Source: Nitrosospira multiformis ATCC 25196
Lineage (GTDB): Bacteria > Pseudomonadota > Gammaproteobacteria > Burkholderiales > Nitrosomonadaceae
Direction of reading: 5' to 3'
NCBI RefSeq assembly: GCF_000196355.1
Contig: NC_007614.1
Location: 2,430,001-2,462,000, forward strand
DNA length: 32,000 nucleotides
In this document: in pieces, positions 1 through 9,774 of the stretch
Layout of the letters: each line of letters begins with the position of its first letter
How positions within the stretch are numbered: the stretch's first letter is position 1
Notes under the pieces: generated by a model
Databases searched by the model: none
What the model was told of the DNA's origin: nothing
The model's input: the letters and a program-made list of their open reading frames with translations, nothing else
Program-made: the position numbers and the translations under genes

Positions 1-396
1 GTCATCCACCACTTTAAAACCAACCTGTACGACGGGTACCACTACGAGTTGCGCAATGCGCTCCAGCGGGTTCAACAGGAAAGGTGCTTGCCCCCGATTC
101 CAGCACGATACGAATATCTGCCCCTGGTAATCCGAGTCGATCAACCCCACCAGATTTCCCATCACGATCCCGTGCTTGTGGCCGAGGCCGGAGCGGGGGA
201 GCACCAGTGCGGCGAGCCCGGGGTCGGACAGATGGATTGCAATTCCGGTGGGGATAAGATGGGCTTCTCCAGGCTGAATCGTCATCACATGCTCGATGCA
301 CGCGCGCAAGTCGAGGCCGGCGGAGCCGGAGGTCGCATAGGCGGGCAACTGATCTTTCAGGCGCGAATCGAGAATTTTTATATCTATTTTTTTCAT
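1..396 (-). CDS. dut: Deoxyuridine 5'-triphosphate nucleotidohydrolase (dUTPase), 3' end truncated by the window edge
   Basis: Reverse-strand translation from ATG at 396: [94 protein letters not shown]... Contains dUTPase motifs ([28 protein letters not shown]). No stop in 132 codons to the window edge. Confidence 0.95.
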   Translation of the reverse strand, partial: MKKIDIKILDSRLKDQLPAYATSGSAGLDLRACIEHVMTIQPGEAHLIPTGIAIHLSDPGLAALVLPRSGLGHKHGIVMGNLVGLIDSDYQGQIFVSCWNRGQAPFLLNPLERIAQLVVVPVVQVGFKVVDD

Positions 397-1628
397 GAAT
401 TAAAATTCCGCCATTTTTCATAAAGCGATGCTGCATGAGCGATGAGGTGCCGCGCCTGTTCGATTTTCGACGATTTTGGCAAGGAATGCCTGCCGGAATC
501 ATCGAAGAGCGTCAACGCAACTTCCTCCGCACCTATCGCCTCCTGGGCGAGATTGGCAGCAAGAAGTGGAAGCTTTTTCCGACGGCGCTTGGCTTCGGCA
601 TTCTCTTCCAGATTTTGGGTCTCCGCAGCAAAACCGATGCAAAACGGCGGATCCGGCAGATTTGCCACGTATTCAAGAATATCAGGATTGGGAACAAGCT
701 CCAGGATGATATTGCTGTCATTCTTTTTCGTTTTGTGTTCGCTGGCATTTTTGGGACGATAGTCAGCCACGGCAGCGACGCTTATAAAAAAATCGACTTG
801 TTGAACCTGTTGAACTTCGCTTTTTACGGCTATCAGCATATCCTGCGCGCTTGTCACCTTGATGAGGCGAGCGCGCGGTGGCGCTTCCAGGCAAACCGGC
901 CCGGATACGAGGATTACTTCCGCTCCTGCCTCGGCTGCGGCACGCGCCACTGCATACCCCATTTTGCCGGAACTTGAATTGGTTATCCCGCGAACCGCAT
1001 CGATTGCTTCGAAGGTAGGTCCGGCAGTGATGAGTACGCGCTTGGTATGCAGCAGTTTGGGTTGAAAAAAAGCGTGTACCGCTTCCGCGAGTTCATGCGC
1101 TTCGAGCATGCGTCCCATGCCGGTTTCGCCACACGCCTGCACGCCGCTGGCAGGACCCAGCACTGTCACGCCATCCCCGCGCAACGTGTCGAGATTGCGA
1201 CGGGTGGCGGAATTTTCCCACATCTGCCGATTCATTGCGGGAGCAATCAGCAAGGGGCATGCGCGCGCAAGGCATAATGTGGAGAGCAGGTCATCCGCGA
1301 GGCCGTGGGCAACCTTGGCAATAAAGTCGGCGCTGGCGGGGGAAATGACAATAGCATCGACGTTGCGCGAAAGGTCGATATGAGCCATGTTGTTGGCTAC
1401 GCTGGCATCCCACAGCTCGGTAAATACGGGCTTGCCGGTCAAGGCCTGTAGCGTGGCCGTACCGACAAAACGGCAGGCTGACGCCGTCATGACTGCCTGC
1501 ACCTCCATGCCCCCGCTTATCAAAAGGCGCACCAGTTCTGCCGCCTTGTATGCCGCAACTCCCCCCGTGAGTCCCAAAAGCACGCGTCTTGCCTCGGGCG
1601 TCCTGCCAGTCGTCTTCAACCGAATCAC
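393..1628 (-). CDS. coaBC: Bifunctional phosphopantothenoylcysteine decarboxylase / phosphopantothenate-cysteine ligase
   Basis: 411-aa ORF with flavoprotein N-terminus ([31 protein letters not shown]) and CoaB part ([36 protein letters not shown]). Confidence 0.95.
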   Translation of the reverse strand: MIRLKTTGRTPEARRVLLGLTGGVAAYKAAELVRLLISGGMEVQAVMTASACRFVGTATLQALTGKPVFTELWDASVANNMAHIDLSRNVDAIVISPASADFIAKVAHGLADDLLSTLCLARACPLLIAPAMNRQMWENSATRRNLDTLRGDGVTVLGPASGVQACGETGMGRMLEAHELAEAVHAFFQPKLLHTKRVLITAGPTFEAIDAVRGITNSSSGKMGYAVARAAAEAGAEVILVSGPVCLEAPPRARLIKVTSAQDMLIAVKSEVQQVQQVDFFISVAAVADYRPKNASEHKTKKNDSNIILELVPNPDILEYVANLPDPPFCIGFAAETQNLEENAEAKRRRKKLPLLAANLAQEAIGAEEVALTLFDDSGRHSLPKSSKIEQARHLIAHAASLYEKWRNFNS

Positions 1629-1774
1629 TCCCTAAAAAAGAGGAGTCTAACTCAATACTCCCAAAACCCGCACCGCTTTACGGGCGATATATTCTTCAGC
1701 TACAGTTTTTTCACAAACTGACGTTTAAGCGAGGGAATCCCTGAACAATTCCCCGCTACACTGCTACATTTACT

Positions 1775-2449
1775 ATGTCGATTTCAGACTGGCCCGAAGC
1801 CGAGCGCCCACGGGAAAAACTCCTGAAGAACGGGCCCGCATACCTTTCCGATGCGGAATTGCTGGCGATATTCCTGCGTACGGGCATCGCCGGCAAGAGC
1901 GCGGTCGATCTGGCAAGAGAACTGCTCAAACGTTTCAGGGGTTTGACGGGGCTCTTTGCCGCAGATCAAGGCGCATTCTGCCAGGTGCCGGGAATGGGGC
2001 CGGCGAAGTTCGCGCAGTTACAGGCAGTGCTGGAAATGGCGCGGCGCGCGCTTGAAGAAGAATTGAAAAGCAGCGATGCGATGGATTCGCCGGGACCTGT
2101 CCGGGCCTTTTTGCGCCTGAGCCTCGAAGGGAAGGAGCACGAGGTCTTCGTAAGCATCTTTCTTGATGCACGGAATCGGGTCATTGCAACCGAAGAACTG
2201 TTCCAGGGCACCCTTACGCAAACCAGCGTTTACCCGCGTGAAGTGGTAAAACGGGCACTTCATCATAATGCCGCGGCTGTGATCTTTGCACATAATCATC
2301 CTTCGGGTGCGGCTGAGCCAAGCCACGCAGATGCGGTTCTCACGCAATCCCTGAAGCAGGCGCTTCTGCTCGTCGATGTGAGAGTACTGGATCATTTTAT
2401 TGTTGGAAGGGGCGCGACCCTATCGTTTGCCGAACAGGGATTGATTTGA
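1775..2449 (+). CDS. radC: RadC/MPN (JAB) domain protein
   Basis: 224-aa ORF with N-terminal HhH-like part and RadC motif [16 protein letters not shown]. Confidence 0.95.
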   Translation: MSISDWPEAERPREKLLKNGPAYLSDAELLAIFLRTGIAGKSAVDLARELLKRFRGLTGLFAADQGAFCQVPGMGPAKFAQLQAVLEMARRALEEELKSSDAMDSPGPVRAFLRLSLEGKEHEVFVSIFLDARNRVIATEELFQGTLTQTSVYPREVVKRALHHNAAAVIFAHNHPSGAAEPSHADAVLTQSLKQALLLVDVRVLDHFIVGRGATLSFAEQGLI

Positions 2450-2450
2450 T

Positions 2451-2480
2451 TTGAGGAAATCCCGAAAATCGGGATATAAT
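2451..2480 (+). promoter_or_regulatory. Putative sigma70-type promoter for rpmB-rpmG
   Basis: TTGAGG (2451-2456), 18-nt spacer, TATAAT (2475-2480), 33 nt before the rpmB ATG. Confidence 0.5.
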
Positions 2481-2512
2481 ATTCGTTTTTCCGCTTTCGG
2501 ACAGGATCAATC

Positions 2513-2749
2513 ATGGCACGAGTATGTGAAGTTACCGGGAAGAAGCCCATGACCGGCCACCACGTTTCCCACGCTAACAATAAAACAAAGCGGCGTTTTT
2601 TGCCCAATCTGCAACGCCGCCGCTTCTGGGTGGAGAGTGAGCGTCGCTGGATCAGTCTGCGCTTGTCCAATGAAGCGCTTCGTACAATTGACAAGAATGG
2701 CATTGATGCAGTACTGGCTGAAATGCGCGCACGCCGCGACAGCATCTAG
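2513..2749 (+). CDS. rpmB: 50S ribosomal protein L28
   Basis: 78-aa ORF: [52 protein letters not shown]... Confidence 0.97.
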
Positions 2750-2823
2750 GAATTTAAAGTGCATTCAGTCGGCAACTCGGCCTGTATCGATAAGGTAATC
2801 TAAGTAAGGATAAGGACATTACC

Positions 2824-2979
2824 ATGAGAGAAAAAATAAAGCTCGAATCCTCGGCAGGAACGGGCCATTTCTACACCACAACAAAGAACAAGCGGACTAC
2901 TCCGGAAAAAATCGAAATTACCAAATTCGATCCGGTGGCACGCAAGCACGTCAAATACAAGGAAACCAAGCTCAAATAG
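2824..2979 (+). CDS. rpmG: 50S ribosomal protein L33
   Basis: 51-aa ORF absent from the supplied track: [51 protein letters not shown]. Conserved rpmB-rpmG order. Confidence 0.96.
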   Translation: MREKIKLESSAGTGHFYTTTKNKRTTPEKIEITKFDPVARKHVKYKETKLK

Positions 2980-3045
2980 ATTTCCTCGCTCCGGAATCAG
3001 GAAGCCTGAGAGTAAGTATTGTAAAAATAAAACTCAAGAAAATAT

Positions 3046-3097
3046 GGGCTCAAAAACAGAAAACCCGCCAAATGGCGGGTTTTCTGTTTTTGAGCCC
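3046..3097. terminator. Long perfect hairpin, likely bidirectional terminator between convergent rpmG and desaturase
   Basis: GGGCTCAAAAACAGAAAACCCGCC-AAAT-GGCGGGTTTTCTGTTTTTGAGCCC: 24-bp perfect stem with 4-nt loop, U-rich on both strands after the GC core. Confidence 0.9.
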
Positions 3098-3112
3098 TAT
3101 GTTTAGAAATCC

Positions 3113-4282
3113 CTAAGCGTAGCAGCGCAGCCTGCGGGAGAAATTCTGCAATACCTCGATGCCGCTTTCCTCGGCGCGGTGACACCAGTCTTCCAGCTGC
3201 TTGACCAGCTCATCCTTGGATGAAGTGGAGCGTTGCCATACCGTTATCAATTCCTCGCGCATTTTGTAAACTTTATCCAGCGTACTCGTCTTGCTCAGCA
3301 CTAGATTGAGCTTTGCCCGCTCGTCTTCCTGCAGGGTCTTGGAGTCCGCAAGTACCCAACGCTTGAGTGTGGAACGATCGACGCCAAGATTTGTCGCCGC
3401 TTCTTTCAGATGATCAACTTCCTTTGCCAGCGTCTGCTTGAGAGACTGGGCATACTTTGCCAGTACTTCGTAGCGATGGGAAATGACAGCTTGCAGCGTA
3501 TCTGCGTCGCATTCTGTCTTTGCGGCATCGAGGCGCAGTTTCGGCGCCACCTTCTTCACTTGCGCCAACCCCATCCACTGGAGAATGCAAATATACATCC
3601 AGCCGATGTCGAATTCATACCACTTGTTGGATAAGCGCGCGGAAGTGGCATAAGCGTGGTGGTTGTTGTGCAACTCCTCTCCGCCAATGAGAATTCCCCA
3701 GGGAACGATATTGGTGCTGGCGTCTTCGGCCTGGAAATTACGGTAGCCCCAGTAATGTCCTATCCCATTGATCACGCCCGCAGCCATGATGGGCGCCCAT
3801 GCCATCTGGATGGCCCAGATGGTCAGGCCGATGGGTCCGAACAGAATGACGTCGATGATCAGCATGAGGGCCACCCCCTTGCGGCTGTGCTTGTCATAGA
3901 CATTCCGCTCCAGCCAGTCATCCGGCGTACCATGGCCGTATCTTTCCATGGTTTCCATGTTTTTGGCTTCTGCGCGGTAGAGCTCCGATCCCTCCCGCAG
4001 CACTTTGGCGATCCCCACTATTTGCGGACTATGGGGATCATCGACCGTTTCACACTTGGCATGATGCTTCCGGTGTATGGCGGTCCACTCCTTGGTGACC
4101 ATCCCGGTCGTGAGCCACAGCCAGAAGCGGAAAAAATGACTCGGCAAGGGATGAAGATCCAGCGAGCGATGAGCTTGATGACGATGCAGAAAGATTGTGA
4201 TACTGGCTATGGTTATGTGGGTAAGGCCGAGGGTAACGGCGATATAACCCCACCATGGCAAGTCGATAAGACCGAGAGTCAT
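3113..4282 (-). CDS. Acyl-CoA/fatty acid desaturase with C-terminal helical extension
   Basis: 389-aa ORF with three histidine boxes (HRHQAHR, HRKHH, HNNHHA) and hydrophobic segments. Confidence 0.92.
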   Translation of the reverse strand: MTLGLIDLPWWGYIAVTLGLTHITIASITIFLHRHQAHRSLDLHPLPSHFFRFWLWLTTGMVTKEWTAIHRKHHAKCETVDDPHSPQIVGIAKVLREGSELYRAEAKNMETMERYGHGTPDDWLERNVYDKHSRKGVALMLIIDVILFGPIGLTIWAIQMAWAPIMAAGVINGIGHYWGYRNFQAEDASTNIVPWGILIGGEELHNNHHAYATSARLSNKWYEFDIGWMYICILQWMGLAQVKKVAPKLRLDAAKTECDADTLQAVISHRYEVLAKYAQSLKQTLAKEVDHLKEAATNLGVDRSTLKRWVLADSKTLQEDERAKLNLVLSKTSTLDKVYKMREELITVWQRSTSSKDELVKQLEDWCHRAEESGIEVLQNFSRRLRCYA

Positions 4283-4497
4283 TGTTTGCGACCTTTAGAG
4301 TAAGTACGGGAGAAGCGTAATTGCCGGAAAGAAGGGATACGGAAATTTATAGCTAAACGAACGGTTAGTCAAGAAATTATGTACCCTCCGGAAGCTCGAA
4401 AGAACCCGAAAAAACGCGGACGGAAAGCGTCGGACGGCAGCGACGCGGGAGAACGTGGACGGCAAGAAATGGGATTCTTCCCGGAGCCAGTACCGGC

Positions 4498-5085
4498 TTA
4501 TTTATCGCTCAATAATTGTTCCAGATCGATGCAGACTGATTCCGCCGTGCTAGCCTTTAACGTTCGTCGCATCTGGCCCAGGGCGTCAGTATGTCTGCTT
4601 TTGTTTATCGCGGCACAACAGTCGGAAGGAATGTGGATCTCAAACCCACGCAAATATGCATCGTTGGCGGTAAACAGCACGCAGGAATCCGTGGTGAGGC
4701 CGCAAAGGATGAGCTTTTTCGCATGCAGGCTCTGGAGCAGAAGATCCAGGGGCGTCTGGAAAAAGCCGGAATGCCTTGGCTTGAGAACAAAATAATCATC
4801 CTGCTGGGGCACGAGCTCTCGGGCTAGCGGCGCGCCGCAGACACCGTCTTTTACACAACGCGACACGAGATGTTTGAAGTCGGACTGCCATTGTCCGAAG
4901 TTGTCGTTCACGTACAAACAGGGAATGCCGAGCTTCTTGGCTTCTGCTTTAAGGGATGAAATGTTTCGCGCCATTGGTATCGCATGTTCAACGAGTTGTC
5001 GTCCACTCTCGAACTCCAGATCATTGATGACATCGATTAAAAGAAGCGCAACGGAACATTCATGAAGCACGCAGGTATCGTTCAT
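4498..5085 (-). CDS. Isochorismatase-family cysteine hydrolase
   Basis: 195-aa ORF: ALLLIDVINDLEF..., VLKPRHSGFFQTPLDLLL, KLILCGLTTDSCVLFTANDA. Confidence 0.88.
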   Translation of the reverse strand: MNDTCVLHECSVALLLIDVINDLEFESGRQLVEHAIPMARNISSLKAEAKKLGIPCLYVNDNFGQWQSDFKHLVSRCVKDGVCGAPLARELVPQQDDYFVLKPRHSGFFQTPLDLLLQSLHAKKLILCGLTTDSCVLFTANDAYLRGFEIHIPSDCCAAINKSRHTDALGQMRRTLKASTAESVCIDLEQLLSDK

Positions 5086-5099
5086 CGCTCAAACCGCCG

Positions 5100-5567
5100 T
5101 CATACCGGCTTGGCCACCATCAGATAAAACACAATAACCAGTGCAATAAACGCGGGAATACCCAATCCGATCCAGAACCGGAAGTACTGCCAGTACAAGG
5201 GCGGCAGCTCGTCCCTTCTGTTGCACGCATCGGCGGCGAGCTGGTGCATCCGTATCTGGAGCCACACCACGGGAAGCCAGCAAGCTCCGGCGATCAGGTA
5301 TAAAACTGTCGACCACATTACCCACTTGCTGGTCACGGGAATTTCCGCCAGGTAGACGAGATAAAAACCTGTAAGCGGCTGGATGACGATGGTCGTCGCC
5401 GTGAATATCCAGTCAGCGGTAACGACATTTCTGGTAACCGCAGCAGCAACGGTGGAGTCACGCGTCAGGCTCGCCGAAAACATATAAAAAGCCGTTCCTA
5501 TGCCCGTACCGAACAGCAATGTCGATGAAAGGATATGCAGCCACTTTACCACTAGGTAGTCGATCAC
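5100..5567 (-). CDS. Integral membrane protein, DUF2269-like
   Basis: 155-aa ORF starting MIDYLVVKWLHILSSTLLFGTGIGTAFYMFSASL, four or more hydrophobic segments; typical partner of the next gene. Confidence 0.8.
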   Translation of the reverse strand: MIDYLVVKWLHILSSTLLFGTGIGTAFYMFSASLTRDSTVAAAVTRNVVTADWIFTATTIVIQPLTGFYLVYLAEIPVTSKWVMWSTVLYLIAGACWLPVVWLQIRMHQLAADACNRRDELPPLYWQYFRFWIGLGIPAFIALVIVFYLMVAKPV

Positions 5568-6883
5568 CGTTTCTCCAACTCGTACAACAACAGGATGACT
5601 GCAAGGATGGGCAGATTTTTTATCAACGGACCGAAGGGATGCAGCCAGAACTCAGGAAGAAAAAGAGTGATGGCAACCATATAGACGCCAATCAGGGTAA
5701 CCTGGGCTATCCAGAGTAGTCGCCGGTCGCGGAGAAAAAGGGTTCCGAATCCAAAAGCAATATCCATGGCTGCGGCGCCGTAAAGCGCTATGGGGGCAAG
5801 GCCGCCAGTAATTCCCACGCGGGCAAGCAAAACATAGCTTTCTTCTACCGGATAAATCCCCATCGAAACCGCACCTGCCACAAACCACACTGCAGCCAAT
5901 GAAACACGCAGCACGACCGGCAACCAGCCGAGGAGCGCCGACAAGCGAAGGGCCTGCACCTCCCACTTTGAGGCAAATTCCCGTACAGGGCGGGGATTGC
6001 GCCCGAGCAGCGCGCGCGTCATGGCAGGATCGGCAATGTTCCCCCGCTGGAGCATCTGCCACGTTTCCAGGTCCAGCAAACCCTTCCCGAACCGCTGGCT
6101 TAACTGGCCCAAGCGGCGTGCGCTGAACTCGACAAATCCGACAGGGACCGGCAAAAACGTGGGAGTGCCCAATCCCATCAAATGCCGCAACTCGCCGAGA
6201 TAGTCTCGAAAAGTGATGGGTTCCGGCCCTACCAGAGGGATACGCTGTCCAAGATATCGATCGGTTTGGAGGAGTTCAACCACGGCCTGCGTCAGGTCGT
6301 CAATATGAATCGGCTGTATACGTTGATTTCCAGCCCCGGGCAGCGGGATAACCGGGAGGCTCGCAATAAGGTTGAACAATTGCGCGCTTGTCCCACCTGG
6401 TCCGTATACGAGCGATGGCTGCACGACCATGCTCTTGCTCCTATTGTTTGGAGAAGCAAGCAATGCATCATCTGCGGCTTTCTTGCTGAGGTGATACCGG
6501 CTGCGCGCATTTTCGTCCGCACCGAGCGCGGATATCTGCACGACCTTCACATTTGCTGCTTCGCACGCCGCAAATAGCGCTCTTGGGGCACGATCGTGCA
6601 GTGCCTGGAAGGTTTGCCTTCCGTGCTCCCGCAATATTCCAACCGCATTTATCACCACATCGATGCCGGCAAGGCGTTTTTTCCAGACCTCCATATCGAA
6701 ATCGCGCGTAAAATCTGCCGCGATATAAGTGGGCCCGGTTCCCTTCAAATCCTTTATACCCCTTATATCCTCCGGCTGGCCGCGCCGGGTGGCGCATACG
6801 ATTCTGTGTCCCGCAGCAGCCAATGCCATAACCAGATGGCTGCCGATGAAACCAGAGGCGCCGGTAATCAAAATGGTGGACAT
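5564..6883 (-). CDS. NAD(P)-dependent epimerase/SDR-type protein with C-terminal membrane (DoxX-like) domain
   Basis: 439-aa ORF: ILITGASGFIGSHLVMALAAAGH N-terminus; hydrophobic C-terminal third. 4-bp overlap with the downstream gene. Confidence 0.85.
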   Translation of the reverse strand: MSTILITGASGFIGSHLVMALAAAGHRIVCATRRGQPEDIRGIKDLKGTGPTYIAADFTRDFDMEVWKKRLAGIDVVINAVGILREHGRQTFQALHDRAPRALFAACEAANVKVVQISALGADENARSRYHLSKKAADDALLASPNNRSKSMVVQPSLVYGPGGTSAQLFNLIASLPVIPLPGAGNQRIQPIHIDDLTQAVVELLQTDRYLGQRIPLVGPEPITFRDYLGELRHLMGLGTPTFLPVPVGFVEFSARRLGQLSQRFGKGLLDLETWQMLQRGNIADPAMTRALLGRNPRPVREFASKWEVQALRLSALLGWLPVVLRVSLAAVWFVAGAVSMGIYPVEESYVLLARVGITGGLAPIALYGAAAMDIAFGFGTLFLRDRRLLWIAQVTLIGVYMVAITLFLPEFWLHPFGPLIKNLPILAVILLLYELEKR

Positions 6884-6997
6884 ATCATATACACTGGAAT
6901 TTAAACCAAAACCCGCACGGACGGATCAAACGGATTTTTCGCGCGGAATACATCTCTTTAAATCTCTTTAAGATTGAAATAAAGTATAGTTTCAGCC

Positions 6998-7564
6998 ATG
7001 ATGCGTCCTGAAAAAACCTGGAGCAGCGCAATTCTTAGCGGCCTCGTTTCCGGCACTGTGGCGAGCATTGTGTCGACCATTGCGCTTTCGATCCTCGGCA
7101 AGGCTGAATTGGGCAAGTTTGCCGCCCCTGTCAATGGACCCAGTCAATGGATATGGGGAAGACATGCCCCCTATCAGGACCAGTTCAGCCTCCGATACAC
7201 GCTTATCGGCTATGCGATCCATCACGCCGCATCGGTATTCTGGGCAATCTGGTATGAAAAGCTTCGCCAGCAACTCCCGCCTGCCGAAAGCGCCGCCACC
7301 GTTCTTGCTCCGGCGGTCGCAACAACCGCCGCGGCCTATGCCGTCGATTTTCACTTCACACCGCAACGGCTGACGCCGGGATTTGAACACCGGCTTTCCC
7401 AGCGTTCCCTGCTCATCGTCTATGGAACCTTCGCCCTCGGATTAGCCGTGACCGTGCTGCTCTCCCGGAAGCCTCCCTTGCGGAGGTGTACCACAAGCAG
7501 GGCCTCATCGCCTATAAATGCACCCCGCATAAAATCAGACGTCGCTGCCTTCAGGAAACAATAA
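6998..7564 (+). CDS. Hypothetical membrane protein
   Basis: 188-aa ORF with several hydrophobic segments (AILSGLVSGTVASIVSTIALSIL, LLIVYGTFALGLAVTVLL). No family recognised. Confidence 0.65.
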   Translation: MMRPEKTWSSAILSGLVSGTVASIVSTIALSILGKAELGKFAAPVNGPSQWIWGRHAPYQDQFSLRYTLIGYAIHHAASVFWAIWYEKLRQQLPPAESAATVLAPAVATTAAAYAVDFHFTPQRLTPGFEHRLSQRSLLIVYGTFALGLAVTVLLSRKPPLRRCTTSRASSPINAPRIKSDVAAFRKQ

Positions 7565-7723
7565 GCCGGTTTTCCCGGTCCCCGGCAGCAGACTAGCAGT
7601 ATTTCATGCCCGCCTGCTGCCACTCTACCTCAATGGCAGAGGCTCGGAATGTGCGTTATCGCACTGATGTGATCAAAGCAACCCCCTATATTCGTTGCAA
7701 GTTTCCTATCTGTCACCGTCGGA

Positions 7724-8332
7724 ATGCGCAGTGAACTCATCGTGCTGCCACATTCGCTTCTGACTCCCACCCAAAGTTCCCCCGATCTGAGCAAAGGCAT
7801 GGTTGATTGGTCCCGTCTTTTTGGTTTTTCCGTAAATCCCGCCGAAATCATTCTGCGAGGAACAGTTATCTATTGGTTCATCTTTTTGCTGTTCAGGCTG
7901 ATACTTCACCGCGATGTAGGCGCCATTGCCATTGCCGATGTCATGCTGCTTGTCCTGATCGCGGATGCAGCCAGTAACGGCATGTCCGGGAATTATGACT
8001 CCATCACCGACGGTTGTCTTCTTATTGCCACCCTTGCAGGCTGGAATTATCTCCTGGACTCGCTGAGCTTTCATTTTCCGGCCATCCGGCGCATTGTTCA
8101 GCAGCCTCCACTGGCTCTCGTTCAAAATGGCAAAATCCAGCGTAAAGCCATGCGCCGGGAGTTGATCACTGTCGAAGAACTGGAATCCAAATTACGGGAA
8201 CAGGGTATCGAGGATTTCAGGGAGGTAAAAATTGCGTATCTTGAGGAAGACGGCGAAATTAGCATATTGCGAAATGACGGCAAGGAACCGGAAAACCCGC
8301 CGGGCAAGCCTAAAAGTAAAAAGACTATTTAG
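7724..8332 (+). CDS. DUF421 (YetF/YcaP-like) membrane protein
   Basis: 202-aa ORF: ILRGTVIYWFIFLLFRL...DVMLLVLIADAASNGM...DGCLLIATLAGWNYLLDSLSFHFP..., then soluble C-terminal domain (LVQNGKIQRKAMRRELITVEEL). Confidence 0.85.
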   Translation: MRSELIVLPHSLLTPTQSSPDLSKGMVDWSRLFGFSVNPAEIILRGTVIYWFIFLLFRLILHRDVGAIAIADVMLLVLIADAASNGMSGNYDSITDGCLLIATLAGWNYLLDSLSFHFPAIRRIVQQPPLALVQNGKIQRKAMRRELITVEELESKLREQGIEDFREVKIAYLEEDGEISILRNDGKEPENPPGKPKSKKTI

Positions 8333-8341
8333 GAAAGCCTG

Positions 8342-9148
8342 ATGGATCAAGAGGAAGCGTTAGAATTCGCCCAACACCTGGCTGATGTGTCCCGGTCCAT
8401 CGCGCTACGATATTTCCGTACTTCCATGGATATCTGCTGGAAGAAAGACACGAGTCCCGTGACGATTGCAGATTGCAAGATCGAAAGTACGCTCCGTAGC
8501 GTCATACGCAGTCGATATCCGGACCATGGCATTATCGGGGAAGAATATGACTGCATTCCCGGGGGGCGCTATAGCTGGATCCTGGACCCGATTGACGGGA
8601 CGAAGAGCTTTACAATGGGGAATCCCCTGTTCGGCACCCTCATTGGACTACTGGATGACGGCCAGCCTATCGCCGGACTGGTCGATCTTCCTGCAATGGG
8701 AGAGCGATGGGGTGGGACGGGCAGAAGGACAACATTCACGGACGGGATCAGCAACGGCCAGGCGAATGTCAGCGGCTGCCGCTCCATTGACGCAGCCCGG
8801 CTTTATATCGCAGCCTCGTCGGGAGCCGATTCCGATGAGAAATATGCAGGGATCGAGACATTGTACCGCGTCGCTGCCATCACTCGTCCTGTCTGCGACT
8901 GCTATGCATACGGCTTGCTCGCCTCCGGCTATTGCGACCTGGTAATCGAGGACAACCTGGAGCCTTGCGATTACCTGCCGCTCATACCGATAATTAACGG
9001 TGCGGGCGGGCAGATTACAGACTGGACAGGAAAACCCCTTACCTTGAATTCGGATGGCCGGGTCATTGCCGCTTCCACTGAATCCCTGTTGAACGCGGCA
9101 ATAGAGGTGCTACGCAGTTCGCTCTCGGCAGATTCAATCACCCGGTAG
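8342..9148 (+). CDS. Inositol monophosphatase-family phosphatase (possibly histidinol-phosphatase HisN-like)
   Basis: 268-aa ORF with GEEYD...WILDPIDGTKSF and C-terminal GAGGQITDWTGKPL motifs. Confidence 0.88.
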   Translation: MDQEEALEFAQHLADVSRSIALRYFRTSMDICWKKDTSPVTIADCKIESTLRSVIRSRYPDHGIIGEEYDCIPGGRYSWILDPIDGTKSFTMGNPLFGTLIGLLDDGQPIAGLVDLPAMGERWGGTGRRTTFTDGISNGQANVSGCRSIDAARLYIAASSGADSDEKYAGIETLYRVAAITRPVCDCYAYGLLASGYCDLVIEDNLEPCDYLPLIPIINGAGGQITDWTGKPLTLNSDGRVIAASTESLLNAAIEVLRSSLSADSITR

Positions 9149-9268
9149 TTCACTCATGCTGTTAGTGCGATTCCGCACCGAGAATCCTATCTTCCCAAAA
9201 TAGAATCCCGTTTTAGAATCCCGTTTCCGATCGGTCGTTTGTTTCCTGCAACCATTATGGGAGCAACC

Positions 9269-9673
9269 ATGAAACCTTCAAAATTTGCGACTCAATCCTT
9301 GCTCCTGGCGGGCACGGTTTTCCTGGCACCAGTGGCAATCCAGGCGCAGACTACGCCGGGTCCGGGCGGTTCCATCGTCGGTCAACCCCCCGGGCAGGGA
9401 ATGTCGCCCGGGGGCGGTTACATCATCGGGCAGCCACCCCCCTCCCCTCCCATGCCGCCGAAACCCTCGATGAGGCAAAACGATTCGCCGCCACCGCTTG
9501 CGCCCAACCAGATCGGTCCGGTGCAGTCCGGCCCTCCACCCAGCGGCTTGATGAACGGACGCGACCCGATGAAGGAAAGACTCAATCGTGCAAATCGGGA
9601 AGGGGCGGACGTGGATCGAAACGGAATAATAAGTCCGGAAGAAGCTACCACGATACCGCAAAGTTCCCCTTAG
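9269..9673 (+). CDS. Exported proline/glycine-rich protein with single EF-hand-like motif
   Basis: Start taken at 9269 (GGGAG upstream); signal peptide MKPSKFATQSLLLAGTVFLAPVAIQAQ, Pro/Gly-rich middle, terminal DVDRNGIISPEE. Confidence 0.65.
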   Translation: MKPSKFATQSLLLAGTVFLAPVAIQAQTTPGPGGSIVGQPPGQGMSPGGGYIIGQPPPSPPMPPKPSMRQNDSPPPLAPNQIGPVQSGPPPSGLMNGRDPMKERLNRANREGADVDRNGIISPEEATTIPQSSP

Positions 9674-9694
9674 CTGAGATAGCGAGGTAAATCT

Positions 9695-9720
9695 GGCTCG
9701 AGGATCAGCATCCTCGAGCC
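9695..9720 (+). terminator. Hairpin downstream of the 9269-9673 gene
   Basis: GGCTCGAGGAT-CAGC-ATCCTCGAGCC, perfect 11-bp stem. It lacks a clear T-tract, so terminator function is uncertain. Confidence 0.55.
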
Positions 9721-9774
9721 AATATTGTCCCGCCTGTCTGTTAAACCGCCACTCGCCCTTCAGAGGAGAAACCA

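Noticed and set aside
435-977. 180-aa plus-strand ORF (and the 106- and 77-aa ORFs in the same area)
   Set aside because: Antisense to the well-supported coaBC; no recognisable domain, basic low-quality composition typical of shadow ORFs.
2018-2395. 125-aa minus-strand ORF
   Set aside because: Antisense to radC with no family features.
3656-4303. 215-aa plus-strand ORF
   Set aside because: Shadow of the desaturase gene; the three histidine boxes on the minus strand are decisive.
4379-4795. 138-aa plus-strand ORF
   Set aside because: Mostly antisense to the isochorismatase-like gene, no recognisable motif. The first ~120 nt are intergenic but give only a basic, repetitive peptide.
8466-8945. 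159-aa plus-strand ORF in an alternative frame
   Set aside because: Lies fully within the inositol-phosphatase-family gene, which has intact motifs.
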